Shown in pieces: positions 37,864 through 50,692 of a DNA stretch of 64,000 bases; within the stretch, counting starts at the first letter, position 1, and each line of letters opens with the position of its first letter. Under the pieces are notes generated by a model that had not been told where the DNA came from, searched no databases, and was given only the letters and a program-made list of their open reading frames with translations. Where the stretch lies: positions 62,868,001 through 62,932,000 of the forward strand of contig NC_086383.1 of assembly GCF_036588685.1 (NCBI RefSeq), written 5' to 3'. Both the position numbers and the translations under genes were made by a program. The DNA is from Mytilus trossulus (lineage: Eukaryota).

Positions 37864-38025
37864 TTAGGATGTTATCTTGTAAACATTAGCACTGAATCCA
37901 GCTTTGTAAACGGAACCGTCCGTTGTCATGATAATAGCTATACAATGTCTGATTGATCGAACTTCTGGTGGTAGTTCCTCACCAGTAAAGCTACCTAAAA
38001 GTCTGTTAACACCACATTCGTAGAC
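37864..38025 (-). pseudogene. Copy A exon 4: CUB C-terminal half
   Basis: TTGTAG| then VYECGVNRLLGSFTGEELPPEVRSIRHCIAIIMTTDGSVYKAGFSANVYKITS*; 162 nt, as in copy B. Confidence 0.88.
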
Positions 38026-38325
38026 CTACAACAAGTAAAAGATATATATAATAAAACACACAGCTTTCTGTCTTATAACATTTATGAGTGTGTTTTGGCA
38101 AATAAAGCCACTAGAAGTTTACCACTGTTCAAAAATCATAAATAGATTTAATTGAAATAAAGCCAGGTGATAAACAAAACCAAGTTAAACACATCAACTT
38201 TATGAGGAAAACAACGGACCACCATATACACTAAACTGCTTCAAAAACAAACCCTATCATACATAGACATTGACCATTATAAAACACCTGCTGACTTGGT
38301 ACCCAAAGTCCTACTTTAAGTTTGG

Positions 38326-39345
38326 AGGCAACTCTTTGCTTTGTATCTTGTCTTGAGGAGGGATACATCCTATTTTGTAAAGATTCACTCTGATTCAAAC
38401 AAAAAAAATCTCTCAAACTGACATTGTCAAGTTGCTTGATTTCTAGATTGACAACATATATGTTACGTTTGGAGATCGTATTTTTCATCAGACTGTCGGA
38501 ATCCAAAGGGAACAAATTGGGCCCGTCTTGTTGTCGACTTGTTTCTTGATTATTACGAGGCTAACTTCATAGAGGAACTTCTAAAAAGTTAGCAACATCC
38601 TTTGACTTTCCGCTATATAGATGATGTTCTCTCTTACTAAATAACACACCATTTGTTGACTATGTTGAACGAATATATCCCATAGAATTAGAGATAAAGG
38701 ATAATACAGATACAGTTAAGTCGGCCTCATATCTTGACTTGCATCTAGAAATTAACAAAAGAGATGATTACAGCTTCCCAAACGGAACTTTCTATTTATA
38801 TGTAGCAACATTCCAGCAGCGCCTGCATACGGAGTATATATATCCAAATTGATACGATACTCCCGCGCTTGTATCTCCTATCATGGTTTCCTTGATAGAA
38901 AATTGCTGCTCACCTGGCAGCTATTAAACAAAGAGTTCGAAATGGTGAAGTTGACATCATCCTTTCGTAAATTTTACAGACGCCATCACGAGTTAGTTGT
39001 CTGTTATGGAATAACCGTTTCACTGATGATAGCGGATATCATCTTATGTCGTAGCCCTTTTCATGATTGTGACCTACCAAATTAGACCTTTTACCGGATT
39101 TGTAATAATATAATAATATAATTTGAGACGGATGCCACATGTGGGGCAGGATCTGCTTACCCTTCCGGAGCATCTGATATCACCCCAAGATGGTGGGGTT
39201 CGTGTTGTTTAGTCTTTAGTTTTCTAAGCTTTGCTTTCTGTACTACAGTTTGTCTGTTTGTATTTTTCAGTTGAAGCCATGTAGTAGTCATATTTTTTTC
39301 AATCTATGAAATTTACTGTCCCTCTAGTATCTTTCGTCCCTGTTT
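38326..39345 (+). mobile_element. Decayed Penelope-like retroelement in copy A intron 3
   Basis: FRYIDDVL, KSASYLDLHLEI and AYGVYISKLIRYSRAC with frameshifts; same 3' end (GTATCTTTCGTCCC) as other copies. Confidence 0.85.
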
Positions 39346-39364
39346 TATGTTTGAATAAAAGTCT

Positions 39365-39870
39365 ACGCTTATACTTTGATGGTAGTTTTTGCTAATGTTT
39401 GGACGAGAGTCTTAGCTTATGTTTGGATGTACGTCTTAGCTGATGTTTGGATACAAGTGTTAGCTTATGTTTGGATAAATATCTTAGCTTATGTTCTGAC
39501 AAAAGTTTCATCTTATGTTTGGGTGAAAATTTTAGGGTATGTTTGGGTGTTAGTCTTAGCTTATATGTGGATACAAGTGTTATCTTATGTTTAGATGTAA
39601 CTCTTAGCTTATGTTTGGATGCCAGTCTTAGCTTGTGTGTGGATTAACATATAAGCTGATGCTTGGATTAACGTATTAGCTGATGTTTAGATTAACGTCT
39701 TAGCTGATGTTTGGATTAACGTCTTAGCTTATATTTGGATACAAGTGCAGCTTATGTTTGGATGTATGTCTTAGCTGATGTTAGGATTAAGTCTTAGCTT
39801 ATGTATGAATGAAAGTCGGAGCTTATGTTTGGATGACAGTCTCATAACGTTGGATGACAATCTTAGAACC
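39365..39870. repeat. 21-bp tandem repeat; inverted homolog at 57735-57975
   Basis: Unit approximately GTCTTAGCTTATGTTTGGATN. Explains ORFs 39376..39594 and 39447..39647. Confidence 0.9.
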
Positions 39871-41455
39871 AGACAGCCTTGACTCTCTCGGCTTCTTGTC
39901 TGTTTAAGCTTGTTATTTGCACTCGTTATGAACAAAAGTAACTCCAAAGTAACTCCAACACAGAGTTGTCAGTTTATTTATAATCTGTGAGATTGACTAT
40001 CCCTCTGGTATCTTTAGTCCCTCTTTTTTTAACACAGTTTCTTTCAAACTTGAACATCTTATAAATACCTCTATGCTATAACAAAAATACTTACCCAACG
40101 CAGCACAATATCCTAGTACTGCATTTATTCTAAAACCAGTTGTCAGCATGATAACGGGTTGTTTTTTTTATACATATTTTTTGTTAATAGTATGATACAT
40201 CATTGATAATATTATGACACTAATATCCCTAACGGTATGTATTAAGAGGTACGAAAGATACCAGAGAGAAAGTAAAACTCATAGATAGAAAATAAACTGA
40301 CAACGCCATGGCTAAAAATAAAAAGACAAATAGACAAATAATAGTACACAAGACACAACATAGAACACTAAAGACTAATCAACACGAATCCCACCAAAAA
40401 ACGGGGGGATGTTAACAATGTTATTAAAGTTTCAGAAACGGATTTGGTTTTTCAATTTATCGTATGATGTTACCTTTAGTTACATCACATGCATGTTTAG
40501 GTAGTTCGATAATATATTGGCAATCATACAATATATATGTTGACATGTCTATTGTTATTATGATATGGTTGACAACTGTAAAAGAAACGATCTTAATGAA
40601 AGTTTTTATTTGAAATGGTATTATAAAGCGTATAGATATTTCATTGATTCGATCGTCAAGGGAAATCTTATGTGTACGGAACGCGCGTAGTCAGGAACAA
40701 AATGTAGATAAAATGAGTTTGCATATATGACTTATTTATAAACAGCTTCAAGAGAATATCAATTATACATTCAGACACCGTTAATGTTTCAAAATTAAAG
40801 TTTATAATATTTGATTGATAAATATATCTTATATAAACTGTTATTTATTACGTGAACTAATTTATCTCAAATTACCACCAATCTCTTATATTAAGATTTC
40901 ATCGGAATTGATAAAGCGCTCGAGTATCTGTAAATTATTTTGGCTCAAATGTATTTGCTTTCCATCATAATTAACAAATAATCGTTTTCTTTGCGCTATA
41001 TCATCATTGTTCAAACAGTTCGATATAAGTAAGACTAATGTGATTAAGTTATCGAATATTTAAAATTTATACATATGATTTACAATGTGTGAACATTAAC
41101 TAAAACTGCTTTATCAATGATGTCTTGATATAAGTTTTTAACTTTCTGTCTATTCGAAATAACATTAAATAAGAATATGATGCACACTTAATAACCTGCG
41201 TAGCATGTGCACTAGATTTGTTTAATGTTATTTCGGATAGAAAGAATAGACAAAAAAATACATAACAGGCATTCCTTATAATTTAATTCAAAGTTTCATT
41301 TTAAGCCGGAATAAATCATGACAAAACGTTGATGAAGTCATAGTCGCATGACAAAACGATGTCTATGAGCTGATAAACAACATATGGTTAGCCAATAAGA
41401 AGACGCGTTACATTCAAAATCAAATTATTATCAAATGAAACAAATTCGATATCAC

Positions 41456-41607
41456 CTTTACATAGTCACAGCAGGATTCTAAGTCGAAGTGTGTGAACCG
41501 TAAGGCGACTTTATTACCAATTCCAGCTTCAATCTTCCAAGTTTCGTTCATTTTGTGAACATACTTATTTGGGAAACCTGGTGAAGATATATTCTTCAGA
41601 AATGTTT
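41456..41607 (-). pseudogene. Copy A exon 3: CUB N-terminal half
   Basis: (E)TFLKNISSPGFPNKY...TWKIEAGIGNKVALRFTHFDLESCCDYVK|GTGATA; 152 nt. Confidence 0.88.
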
Positions 41608-42945
41608 CTAAAAGTAAACACAATGAATTTTAGACACTTTCTGCACAGCCTAAAAAAATATCTTATAAAAATGTTTTGAAATAATGATGAAGTTTTTATC
41701 GGATTATCGCAACAATATAGTTATAAATTTTGCAAGTTGTGATTTTTTTATTTTTTTTTTGGTTTGAAAGTTGCATTATCTTTATCCATGATGTATGACA
41801 TCAGCGCATGAGTGCAATCAGTGAAATTCTTTTTGAAAGTTTTGGAATTGATTTGAGATCTTAATGACTCTCCTGATGTTATCGTTGTTCTTATATTAAG
41901 TTGGTTCATGTTATTATGTGAAACTCAGATTTCAAAAATAACCAAAAAAAAAAAAGACTAATGAAAATATTGGAAATACCAATTGTCTTTTCATACTTGT
42001 GGTTCAAGTAACAAAGTTCCAGAATAAATAAATTTGTGATTGATTTCATGATATGTTAAGATTGTTTTCTTTAAATCATAAAAATCATTTTTAACATGGG
42101 AAGCAAAAACTGTTTATCCAACAATAACACGTCAGTTTACCCCGGCCTTGCATAGGGTTCTTGCTCATCAATTTTAGACTTATGAGTTTTACTGTCCCTT
42201 TGGTATCTTTCGTACATCTTTTATAGTTATTACATGTAATAATTGCTGTGTGCTTTTTAGTTCAGTTTTTGTCGTTTTATAATGTTAGTATTAACTGTGT
42301 ATCTTTTGTTATTGTGCATTGAGTTTTAAAATCTTAAACTAAAGAGCTGTAGGACTGAAAATAAAACTAATAAATTAAAGGAAAATTTTACCCAACAAAA
42401 AACAACAACAAAAGCTCAAAAATACCAAACGATTAGCAAACGACTGTCAGATTCCTGAATTGATGTTACTCTGATAACTTTTTCTATCGTCATATTTTTG
42501 TGAGAAATAGTTAGGAATTATCAAGATTAAGTGTGGATGTAGTTACACAAGTATACGAGTATTTTAAGAAATCAAAAAGGGGATAATGGGTATATATATA
42601 TATCATACCACATCTTCTTTTTTATATAGCTTGGAAAAGTTTTGAATCCTATCTAACAGAAATTCAAGAGAAGCTTTTTACTTAAAGAAGCATGACCGAA
42701 ATTACCTGTGAAAATTATAATTATCATTATGAATAATACATGCTTGTAAGATTTGGAAATAACTTAGTACATAATTATATGGTTCGTTCCGTAAAATTAA
42801 ATATCCTGTTAAATTGATACTTGCATCTCCAAAAGATCATTATATTAAAGAAAATGCAAATTAAAATAAAACATTTAAATTGTGTTGGTTGTTTTTATAA
42901 TTTACGAAAGAAACGTGAATAATTGTTAGAATTAAAAATTGATAA

Positions 42946-43253
42946 AACAAGAATGTGTCACACAGTTCCAGGATGCCTAATCCTCATTATAATTGTTTAT
43001 CTTCAGTGGACCGTGAAAATGGGGGAAATCTCTTATTTTGCATTAAAATTAGGAAGATCATATAATAAGTAACATGTGTACTAGTTTTCAAATTGATTGG
43101 ACTTTTAACTCATCAAAATTTACCTCGATCAAAAACTTTACCCTGTAGAGGAACAGACGGACAAACACGCGGTAGAACAGACAAACAGACGAACGAACGA
43201 ACAGACGGCTCCACAGACCAGAAAACCTAATACACCTAAATGGGGCATAAAAA
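42946..43253 (-). mobile_element. Helentron/HINE-like non-autonomous element next to the copy A exon 2 donor
   Basis: GACG/GACA/GAAC tetranucleotide tract; AACAAGAATGTGTC and GGGGCATAAAAA ends in T-rich context; absent at the matching site of copy B. Confidence 0.6.
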
Positions 43254-43258
43254 CTTAC

Positions 43259-43358
43259 CGTTCACAATGTACTTTAAGCAAACATGATCATTTGATGTTA
43301 ACGTTATACATCTTGTTTTTTCTGAGCAAGGATTGTTAGGCCAGCAACTATCTTTCTT
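43259..43358 (-). pseudogene. Copy A exon 2: 4-Cys EGF-like module
   Basis: TTTCAG| KKDSCWPNNPCSEKTRCITLTSNDHVCLKYIVN G|GTAAGT. Confidence 0.88.
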
Positions 43359-45431
43359 CTGAAAAAGGTTGCAAGAGGTGGTTTAAATAAGCACATTATA
43401 GATACCAGGATTACATTTTGTATCTACGACAGATGCGCGTTTCGTCTACAAAAGACCCATAAGTGACGCTCCAATCGAAAAACGTTTAAAAGGCAAAATA
43501 AAGTACGAATCTGAAGAGCATTGATGAGCACAATAGCTAATAAAGCTTCGGTTATCTATTCCTGAGGTAGAAGAGCCTTAATATTTCAAATATTCAAAAG
43601 TTGTAAACAGTTAATTGACATTGAATTGAAATTCACATTTAATAAAACAAAATTCTTTGATATCAGCTTGTGATATATTAATTACTGCAGGTCCCTTTGC
43701 AATACGGATGAATAAAAGGCACAGTAATATACCAGTGTTTGGAAGTAGAAAATTGATTTATAAAAAACAAATTTGGGTCACAAAATAAAACTAAAAGAAA
43801 CACATCAAGTATAAAATAACAACAAAAAAACAGTAGAAACACGAAAGAACAACAAAAAAACACAAAAAACGACAATAAAACACACAGAGAAACGAATTAT
43901 AGTATGATGATTGCCATTGTCTGACTTGGTACAACGTTTTAAGAAAAATGGATGGTTGAAAAGAATTTTGTGGCTAGCCAAACCTCTCGATTTGTATTGC
44001 AATGTTAGATATAAAATAGTAATTCTAACATTACATGACAAATAAATGAAAGAATATACAGGACAGAGAAATACAATATTAAACAGTGTTTTTCTGTCCT
44101 GTTAAATTGTTCCTTTTAAAAGTTTTGGATTCTCATAAATTCCATGTAAAACTTTTTGACTAGTTTGATTTCTGTAATTTATTCTTACATACTTTTGATT
44201 TTTTAACCCTGTATGCGTTCATTGCCTATGTAAATTTTAAAATTGTTTATAATCCTGGTACTTTTGATAACTATTGTATGCACATTGAACGACAAATTTA
44301 TGTGACGTATATAATTTTTATGACGTCAGACACTCAAATCAATCCATGTGTTCGTAGATAGTAGATGTTATTGTGTCCTGTTAAATTGTTATACGATGAT
44401 GACTGATGTACCCATATTTTGACTATTTTATTAATTGTGACTGTTTATTTAACGCATCATGTAAATGTAGCGGAATTTGATGAGACTGTTATTAAAGTGA
44501 GAGGGTTAGCGCTATAGAACCAGGTTTAATCCACCATTTTCTACATTTGAAAATGCCTGTACCAAGTCAGGAATATGACAGTTCTTGTCCACTCGTTTTT
44601 GATGCGTTTTGTTTTTTGATTTTGCCATGTGATTATGGACTTTCCAAATTGATTTTCCTCTGAGTTCAGTATTTTTGTGATTTTACTTTTTTCTGTATAT
44701 TGATCTATTTTCTAGGGTATACATTTTTGCTAATTGAATAAAAAATGTCGTGGATATTTAATTTTGATGTTTTCCCAGTCTTTGCATACACGTCTTTAGA
44801 CAGTTTATAATTCGTTGAACATTTGAATTTGTGGTTTAAATATACCCTCGAAACCCACGTAAATTGATATCTAGCGAAAAGTAATGAATATGCGGTACAA
44901 TTGAACATTACCACATGTGTATAGTTAAAAAATGAACCAGTCTAATAATTTGTATACGCCAGACGCCGGGATCGACTACATAAGACTCATCAATGACGCT
45001 CTGGTCAAAAAAGAAACGAACGCCAAACAAAAATGAAGAGCATTGATGGCCCAAAATTCCAAATAAATGTGTCAAATGGTGCTAAGAGATTTCTTTTTAT
45101 TTCTCATTATGTTTATAGTTGAATAGCTCCGTTCCCGCAGAAAGGGGTATGTAAGTAATTACAATTAGTGTATTACTCAGTCCCTTCTGTACAACCCATA
45201 TTTAAAAGAACAAAAGAGTTCGAAACTGTTCAACCGATCTTTGAAATAACAGAAGAATCCGAATTGCATTTCAGAAATTGAATACAGAAACCGTAAATAG
45301 AATATTTTGTTCAGTTCATTCGGTTGCAAAAAAAATACATTGGTAAGATTATTTCCTTTTTAATATTTGAAATGCTAACAGGGGATTCAAAACATTTGAA
45401 TAGAAATAAAAAAAAGTTTAAAACACGTAAA

Positions 45432-45752
45432 AGAAGAGGGACGAAGGATACCAAAGGGACAGTCAAACTCGTAAATCTAAAACAAACTGACAACGCCATG
45501 GCTAAAAATGAAAAAGACAAACAGAAAAACAATAGTACACATGACACAACATAGAAAACTAAAAAATAAACAACACGAACCCCACCAAAAACTAGGGGTG
45601 ATCTCAGGTGCTCCGGAAGGGTAAGCAGATCCTGCTCCACATGCGGCACCCGTCGTGCTGCTTATGTGATTACAAATCCGGTAAATAGTCTTATTCGGTA
45701 GGTCAAATTCATGAAAGGGAAGGGGATTGTAGTTACGACGAGAGGAACATAT
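45432..45752 (-). mobile_element. Young Penelope-like 3'-end fragment
   Basis: Close match to 36160-36475 and 56597-56786. Confidence 0.85.
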
Positions 45753-45880
45753 ATAATCAACTACTTCAATCTCTTTTAAACAATTTAATTAGTATATCCA
45801 TATTTTTTATAAAACAGGCTATTTATTAATTTCATAGAATTATTAATCTAAATATAAAAGAAAACATGAACGATCCTTAC

Positions 45881-46202
45881 CATTTTCTGAAATGTCTGAA
45901 TAGCTATACCCTGGCGTACTAACCAACTGACTTTCTAAGTTCGAGTCTGACAATAGCTCGCAGCTAAGAAAATCCTTTTGAAAATTTATACTGTCGCAAT
46001 TCTTTATTCGTAAGCATCCCCGAATACACATTTTAGGACCAATATTATCGTGAGTTAATATTATGTGAGAGGTAATTTTCTTGTCATTTTGGAAACTTCC
46101 ACCATTTACAGTATCTTGGAACCAAATTCTAAGTTAAAGATACAAAATATAAATAAAAATGATTTTCATTTTAGATGAAACAGAAGCGCAGTTATGTTTC
46201 AT
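45881..46202 (-). pseudogene. Copy A exon 1: signal peptide + PAN, with a nonsense codon and a frameshift
   Basis: MKHNCASVSSKMKIIFIYILYL*LRIWFQDTVNGG...MCIRGCLRIKNC...; ends TCAGAAAATG|GTAAGG, lacking TGGAA. Confidence 0.9.
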
Positions 46203-46794
46203 TTAGTCTAACTCGTTTTGAATTATCTTCGTCAGTGCAATCAAGTTTTAATTGAAATCCACGAAATTAAATAGATCAAAATCGAAATAGTCAATTCGTT
46301 GTTTGAATTAGTAATATTGTATTCTTTGTGCTGTCAACTTTCATGGATATGATTACATAAAAGTGATAGAGCAATAAAGAGATATGGTGTCATTCCAAAT
46401 GAGAATATTAGCAACTAGAGATCAAATATTAAGCAACTATTTATTCTCGCACGCCTTTGATATGTTCCAATTCATATTGGTTATTATCGAGTAAAGATTC
46501 TTTTTTCTGAGACCCTTCCCGGTACTTAAATTTGAATGTTGTTTTGATAGATTTGAACGAATTAAATATGAATTGTATTTATTAACTACCATTGTTGGTC
46601 TTGCATCATACTGATCAAGAAAGTTTGATACATCTAAAAGACACATTTATCAAGGTATAACCTCACAAACATGTTCCGTGCCATTACTTCGTCACGTGGT
46701 ACGTCAGCAATAACAGAAGTGAAAGATAACGCACGTGGATCAATTACAACATTATCGATCTATGGTTTACATTTTTATTTTATTCGTTTTTTAT

Positions 46795-46953
46795 AGTATA
46801 ACTAATCGCCGTATTTGAATATAAAAAAATAAGACAACGCGTGACCGAACGACGCATGGATTAAACGAGTGCGCAGCACGAGTTTAATCCATAGCGGGGT
46901 TCGGTAACAAGTTGTCTTATTTTTGATATTCACATACGACGATTAGTTATACT
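46795..46953. repeat. 159-bp near-perfect palindrome (probable hairpin MITE)
   Basis: AGTATAACTAATCG.CGTAT.TGAATAT...ATGGATTAAAC mirrored on the right, around the loop GAGTGCGCAGCACGA. Confidence 0.85.
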
Positions 46954-47125
46954 TTTTATTACATTGTCAAATTGCTTTTTTTTTTATTAAACTAATGCAA
47001 AAAATGTAAGGAACTATATGGTTTTCCTACGCATGTTTTGTTTCGACGTTATCGACGTCTTGACAACGCCAAGTCAATCAATGTAATTCATTGCAACCGA
47101 TGTAATAATTTTATTTAATTAATTA

Positions 47126-48552
47126 ATGGATAGTAGGGGGAAATATATAAAAGGTAATGGAAGTTCTTGTGGAGTCAATGTTTGCTCTAATGACCGTCAA
47201 AAATTAAATTTATGAAAGGAACCAATGTGTGAAATACACGAACAATTTCGCGAAGACTCTGCATGTTTAAATCAATATAAACTTCATCTTATGCTGTCGG
47301 ATATTCTAATAAGAGTAGCACGGACGAAGGCATTGCATAGAAAAACTTTGTCGGAAACAGTTTTCGTTTGCTCGAATAATTTTCTAGATGGATATCCGAC
47401 GGACAGAAATCCATTTCCAAAACTTACAATGGGTTATGACACAAAATTCATCATCATGAATCAGATGTTAAAAGACGTAAATTGATTGACTGTGAGGATG
47501 ACAATTCATATTTTGAAGAACTTGATTTAAGTCTTGAAGTAACTGATCAATCTTTGTCCGAAGCTGTCTGTAGTTTTAGCGTTGTCAACCCAACAATTAC
47601 ATGTGCGTCCACACAATATGAAGAAACTGACTTTTTACTTCACAAAGACAATTCATATGCACACGCATTGACTTTCTTATAGGGTGAATTTGCCAAATAA
47701 AACTTTCATGAAGTCAGGAGAAAGAAGTGCAAATATAATTAGATATACGTACTTTGTCAACTGCCTGACATATTGTGACCGATAGTGACTCCTGACTATA
47801 AACTGGTGTAACTCAGGAAGTTTTTTCTCTTTGGTCGGGTGTATGTCCTAGATAACGCTTTCAGCTTTCAACTCGACATTGCCAATCAAATAATGTTAGT
47901 TGTAATGAGGTGAAAACTTGACTTGAGGTTTAGAATTTTTGATAGCCTAGCATGCAAAATGTTTAACCTTTGGATCCAATTGTTGTTAGATAAGTTGAAA
48001 GCTCTTATAACTTGGCTTCCAATGGAAACATTAAGAGTCTGCTGCCCACAGAATTTGTCTGAGAAAAGTACCCTCGAACAACGTGCATAATAGATTGTGC
48101 TGAGACATTTATCCAAAGACCTAATTATGTGAAAAGTCGGGGCGAGACATATATCAACAATAAATCGCATAATACGGCTAAGTACTTGGTAGGTATGTCT
48201 CCTCATGGACAATTTATGTTCATTTGTTGATGTGCAAGTGACAAATTTATTGTTGAAAAAAGTGACTTTCTTAATTATCTGTTATCTGGTGATGAAGTTA
48301 TGGCTGATAGAAGCTTAACAATAGAGGACTTTCTTTTCCCCCGAAGGGTTAAACTTAATATGCCGTCCTTTACTAAGGGTAATCCACAATTGAGTGCTGA
48401 AGTCTCAATTCTAAACAAAGTACGTGAAAGAATCCATATAGAAAGAGCAATCAGGTGAATGATAGTGTTTCAAATGTTGAGTGGTACAGTACCTGTGTCT
48501 TCACTAAAACTTTATGACAAAATTCTTATTGTTTGTTCTGCATTGTAAATTC
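47126..48552 (+). mobile_element. Decayed THAP + DDE_Tnp_4 transposase (ISL2EU / PIF-Harbinger group)
   Basis: THAP-like CGVNVCSN...VCSNNFLDGYPT..NPFPKL; catalytic-region motifs IDCAETFIQRP, KSHNTAKYLVGMSPHGQ, ASDKFIVEKS, GDEVMADR and IHIERAIR; multiple stops and frameshifts. Confidence 0.85.
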
Positions 48553-49304
48553 AAAATATGATCTCATTTGAGGTAAATGTACGGAGGACACCGAATAAAT
48601 TATATCAAAACCATTGTTGTACCGTATATAATGTTCTAGTAAATATGTCTCATATGTCATATAAATGGTATTGTTTTGATTTTTGCGTATAGATAGTGTG
48701 TCTTTGTATTTTGTTTTACAACTTTTCGGTACTTGCACATCATGTACATCGTAACATGTACTCCAAATGACTATTGTTCCAAACACTTTGAAAAAGATAC
48801 AATATATGTGTAATATGTACCAAATAAAACAACCACTGTGTGAATAATAATAATGAGCCAATTACCATAAGACAAAAATTCTACTACAATATTCTCACCA
48901 CAGATATTTTAACATAACATGACATTATAAAATGTTACTTGTAAAACTAATACTTCATCACCCCATGATGAATATCATCACTGTGTGAACATTGTGTATC
49001 ATTAATCTCCAATATTAACATTATTGATCTACATGTATATTCTTACATACTCAAGAATCAATGGAGATACAAAATGCCATTATTCTTAAATTGCAACCTG
49101 TATGAATACAAATGGAAGAAAAGGCCTTTATCCACTTATAAGATGCCAATTTTGAATTGTCAAGAATTTCCTGTTTACAAAACTTTGATTGTTTTGGAAA
49201 AACTAAGGATTTTTTTTATCCCTTTTTATAGCTTTATGGAACTGTAGGATCCTCAATGCTCTTCAACTTTGTATTTGTTTGGCTTTATAAATATTTTGAT
49301 AAAT

Positions 49305-49348
49305 GTGTCACTGATGAATCTTGTGTAGATGAAACGCGCGTCGGGGTT
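49305..49348 (+). ncRNA. Type I hammerhead motif in repeat about 49165-49380
   Basis: GTGTCA-CTGATGA-ATCTtgtgtAGAT-GAAA-CGCGCG-TC. Core and stem II are intact; stem I is damaged. Confidence 0.7.
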
Positions 49349-50365
49349 ATCAAATTATAATCCTGGTACCTTTGATAATTTGTACATTAATCAGGTCGTT
49401 AATTTTCGCGTTCATTTGTCATTTTTGGGGCCTTTTTAAGTTGACTTTGTGGTATGGTGTTTGCTCTTTTTGAAGACAGAACGGTGACCAACAGTTATTT
49501 ATTTCTATATAATTTGGTCTCTGGTGTAAAAAAGTCAAATAACAAAAAACCGAACTCCGTTGAATATTCCTAACGAAAAGTACCTAATCAAATGACAAAA
49601 TCAAAAGCTCAAACACATCTAAAGAACGTATAACAACTGTCATTTTCCTGTCATTATCCTGTCTCGGCACATGCGTTTTCTCATGTAAAAAATGGTGGAT
49701 AAAACCATGTTGTTAAGCTAGCTTTATCTCGCACTCGTATGCCAGATGCATAAAATTCCATATATTGACGTCAAATCAAACATCAATTAAAAATATAAAA
49801 TAACTTTTAGACAATAAAGGACAGTTTAAAATCCAGTTAGAAATAAGAAAGAAGCACTGACCTCCGAAACTAACATATCAATTATCAATCATATTAGTCT
49901 AAGACAAAACGTCTTTGCGCAAGACCAAATGTTAAGTATCAATATGATGTAGGACGATGCAAAAATGGCAATAGGAAAATACAACGCATATTTATTTCTA
50001 GTCTATCAAAAGAGAAAGCCAATTTGAGTACTAGGCAGGTTGTCATATATATAGAAACAAATCCATACTTGCAGATTGTCAATATAAATTGGAACATATC
50101 ACAGGTATGCGAGAGTAAATAGGTGCTTATTTGATCTCTTGTTGCTAATGATCTCATTGGAAATAACACCAGATATCTTAAGTGATTGTTCTATATCTGT
50201 TATGTAATCATGTCAATATTCATAAGTTATGATAGTTGACAGCATAAACGATGCATTATTTCTAATTCAAACAAAGAATTGACAATCTCGTTTTTGATCT
50301 ATTTAATTGATTTCAATTAAAACTTTATTAAACCGACAAAGGTAAATTAAATCGAGTTAGAATAC

Positions 50366-50692
50366 ATGAGACATAACTGTGATTCGTTTTCAGCTATAAT
50401 GAGAATCTTAATATTTTACATAATGTGTCTTAAAATTGGTATTTGCTTCCAAGATACTGTAAACGGTGGAAATTTCCAAAATAACAAGAAAATGAACTCT
50501 CGCATTATCTTAACTCGCGATAATATTGGTCCTAAAATGTGCATTCGAGAATGCTTACGAATAAAGAATTGCAACGGTATAAACTTTCAAAAGGATTTTC
50601 TTAAGTGCGAGCTATTATCAAATTCGAACTTAGAAAGTCAGTTGGTTAGTACACCAGGGTTTAGCTATTCAGACATTTCAAACTGGAAAATG
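50366..50692 (+). CDS. Copy B exon 1: signal peptide + PAN/apple-like domain
   Basis: Hydrophobic segment IMRILIFYIMCLKIGIC; MCIRECLRIKNCNGINFQKDFLKCELL; ends WKM|GCAAGT. Confidence 0.88.

Larger units (their letters stand above)
37864..46202 (-). pseudogene. Copy A (whole span): signal peptide + PAN + EGF-like + CUB gene disabled in exon 1; exons 46202..45881, 43358..43259, 41607..41456, 38025..37864
   Basis: Exon-by-exon paralog of copy B. TAA at codon 23 (46136-46134) and a 5-nt deletion before the donor (exon 322 versus 327 nt). Exons 2-4 are open with GT-AG sites. Confidence 0.88.

Noticed and set aside
39376-39647. Hydrophobic repeat ORFs resembling membrane proteins
   Set aside because: Translation of a 21-bp intronic tandem repeat.
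48560-49160. Second ISL2EU gene (YqaJ-type nuclease) next to the transposase
   Set aside because: No recognisable motifs on either strand by eye.
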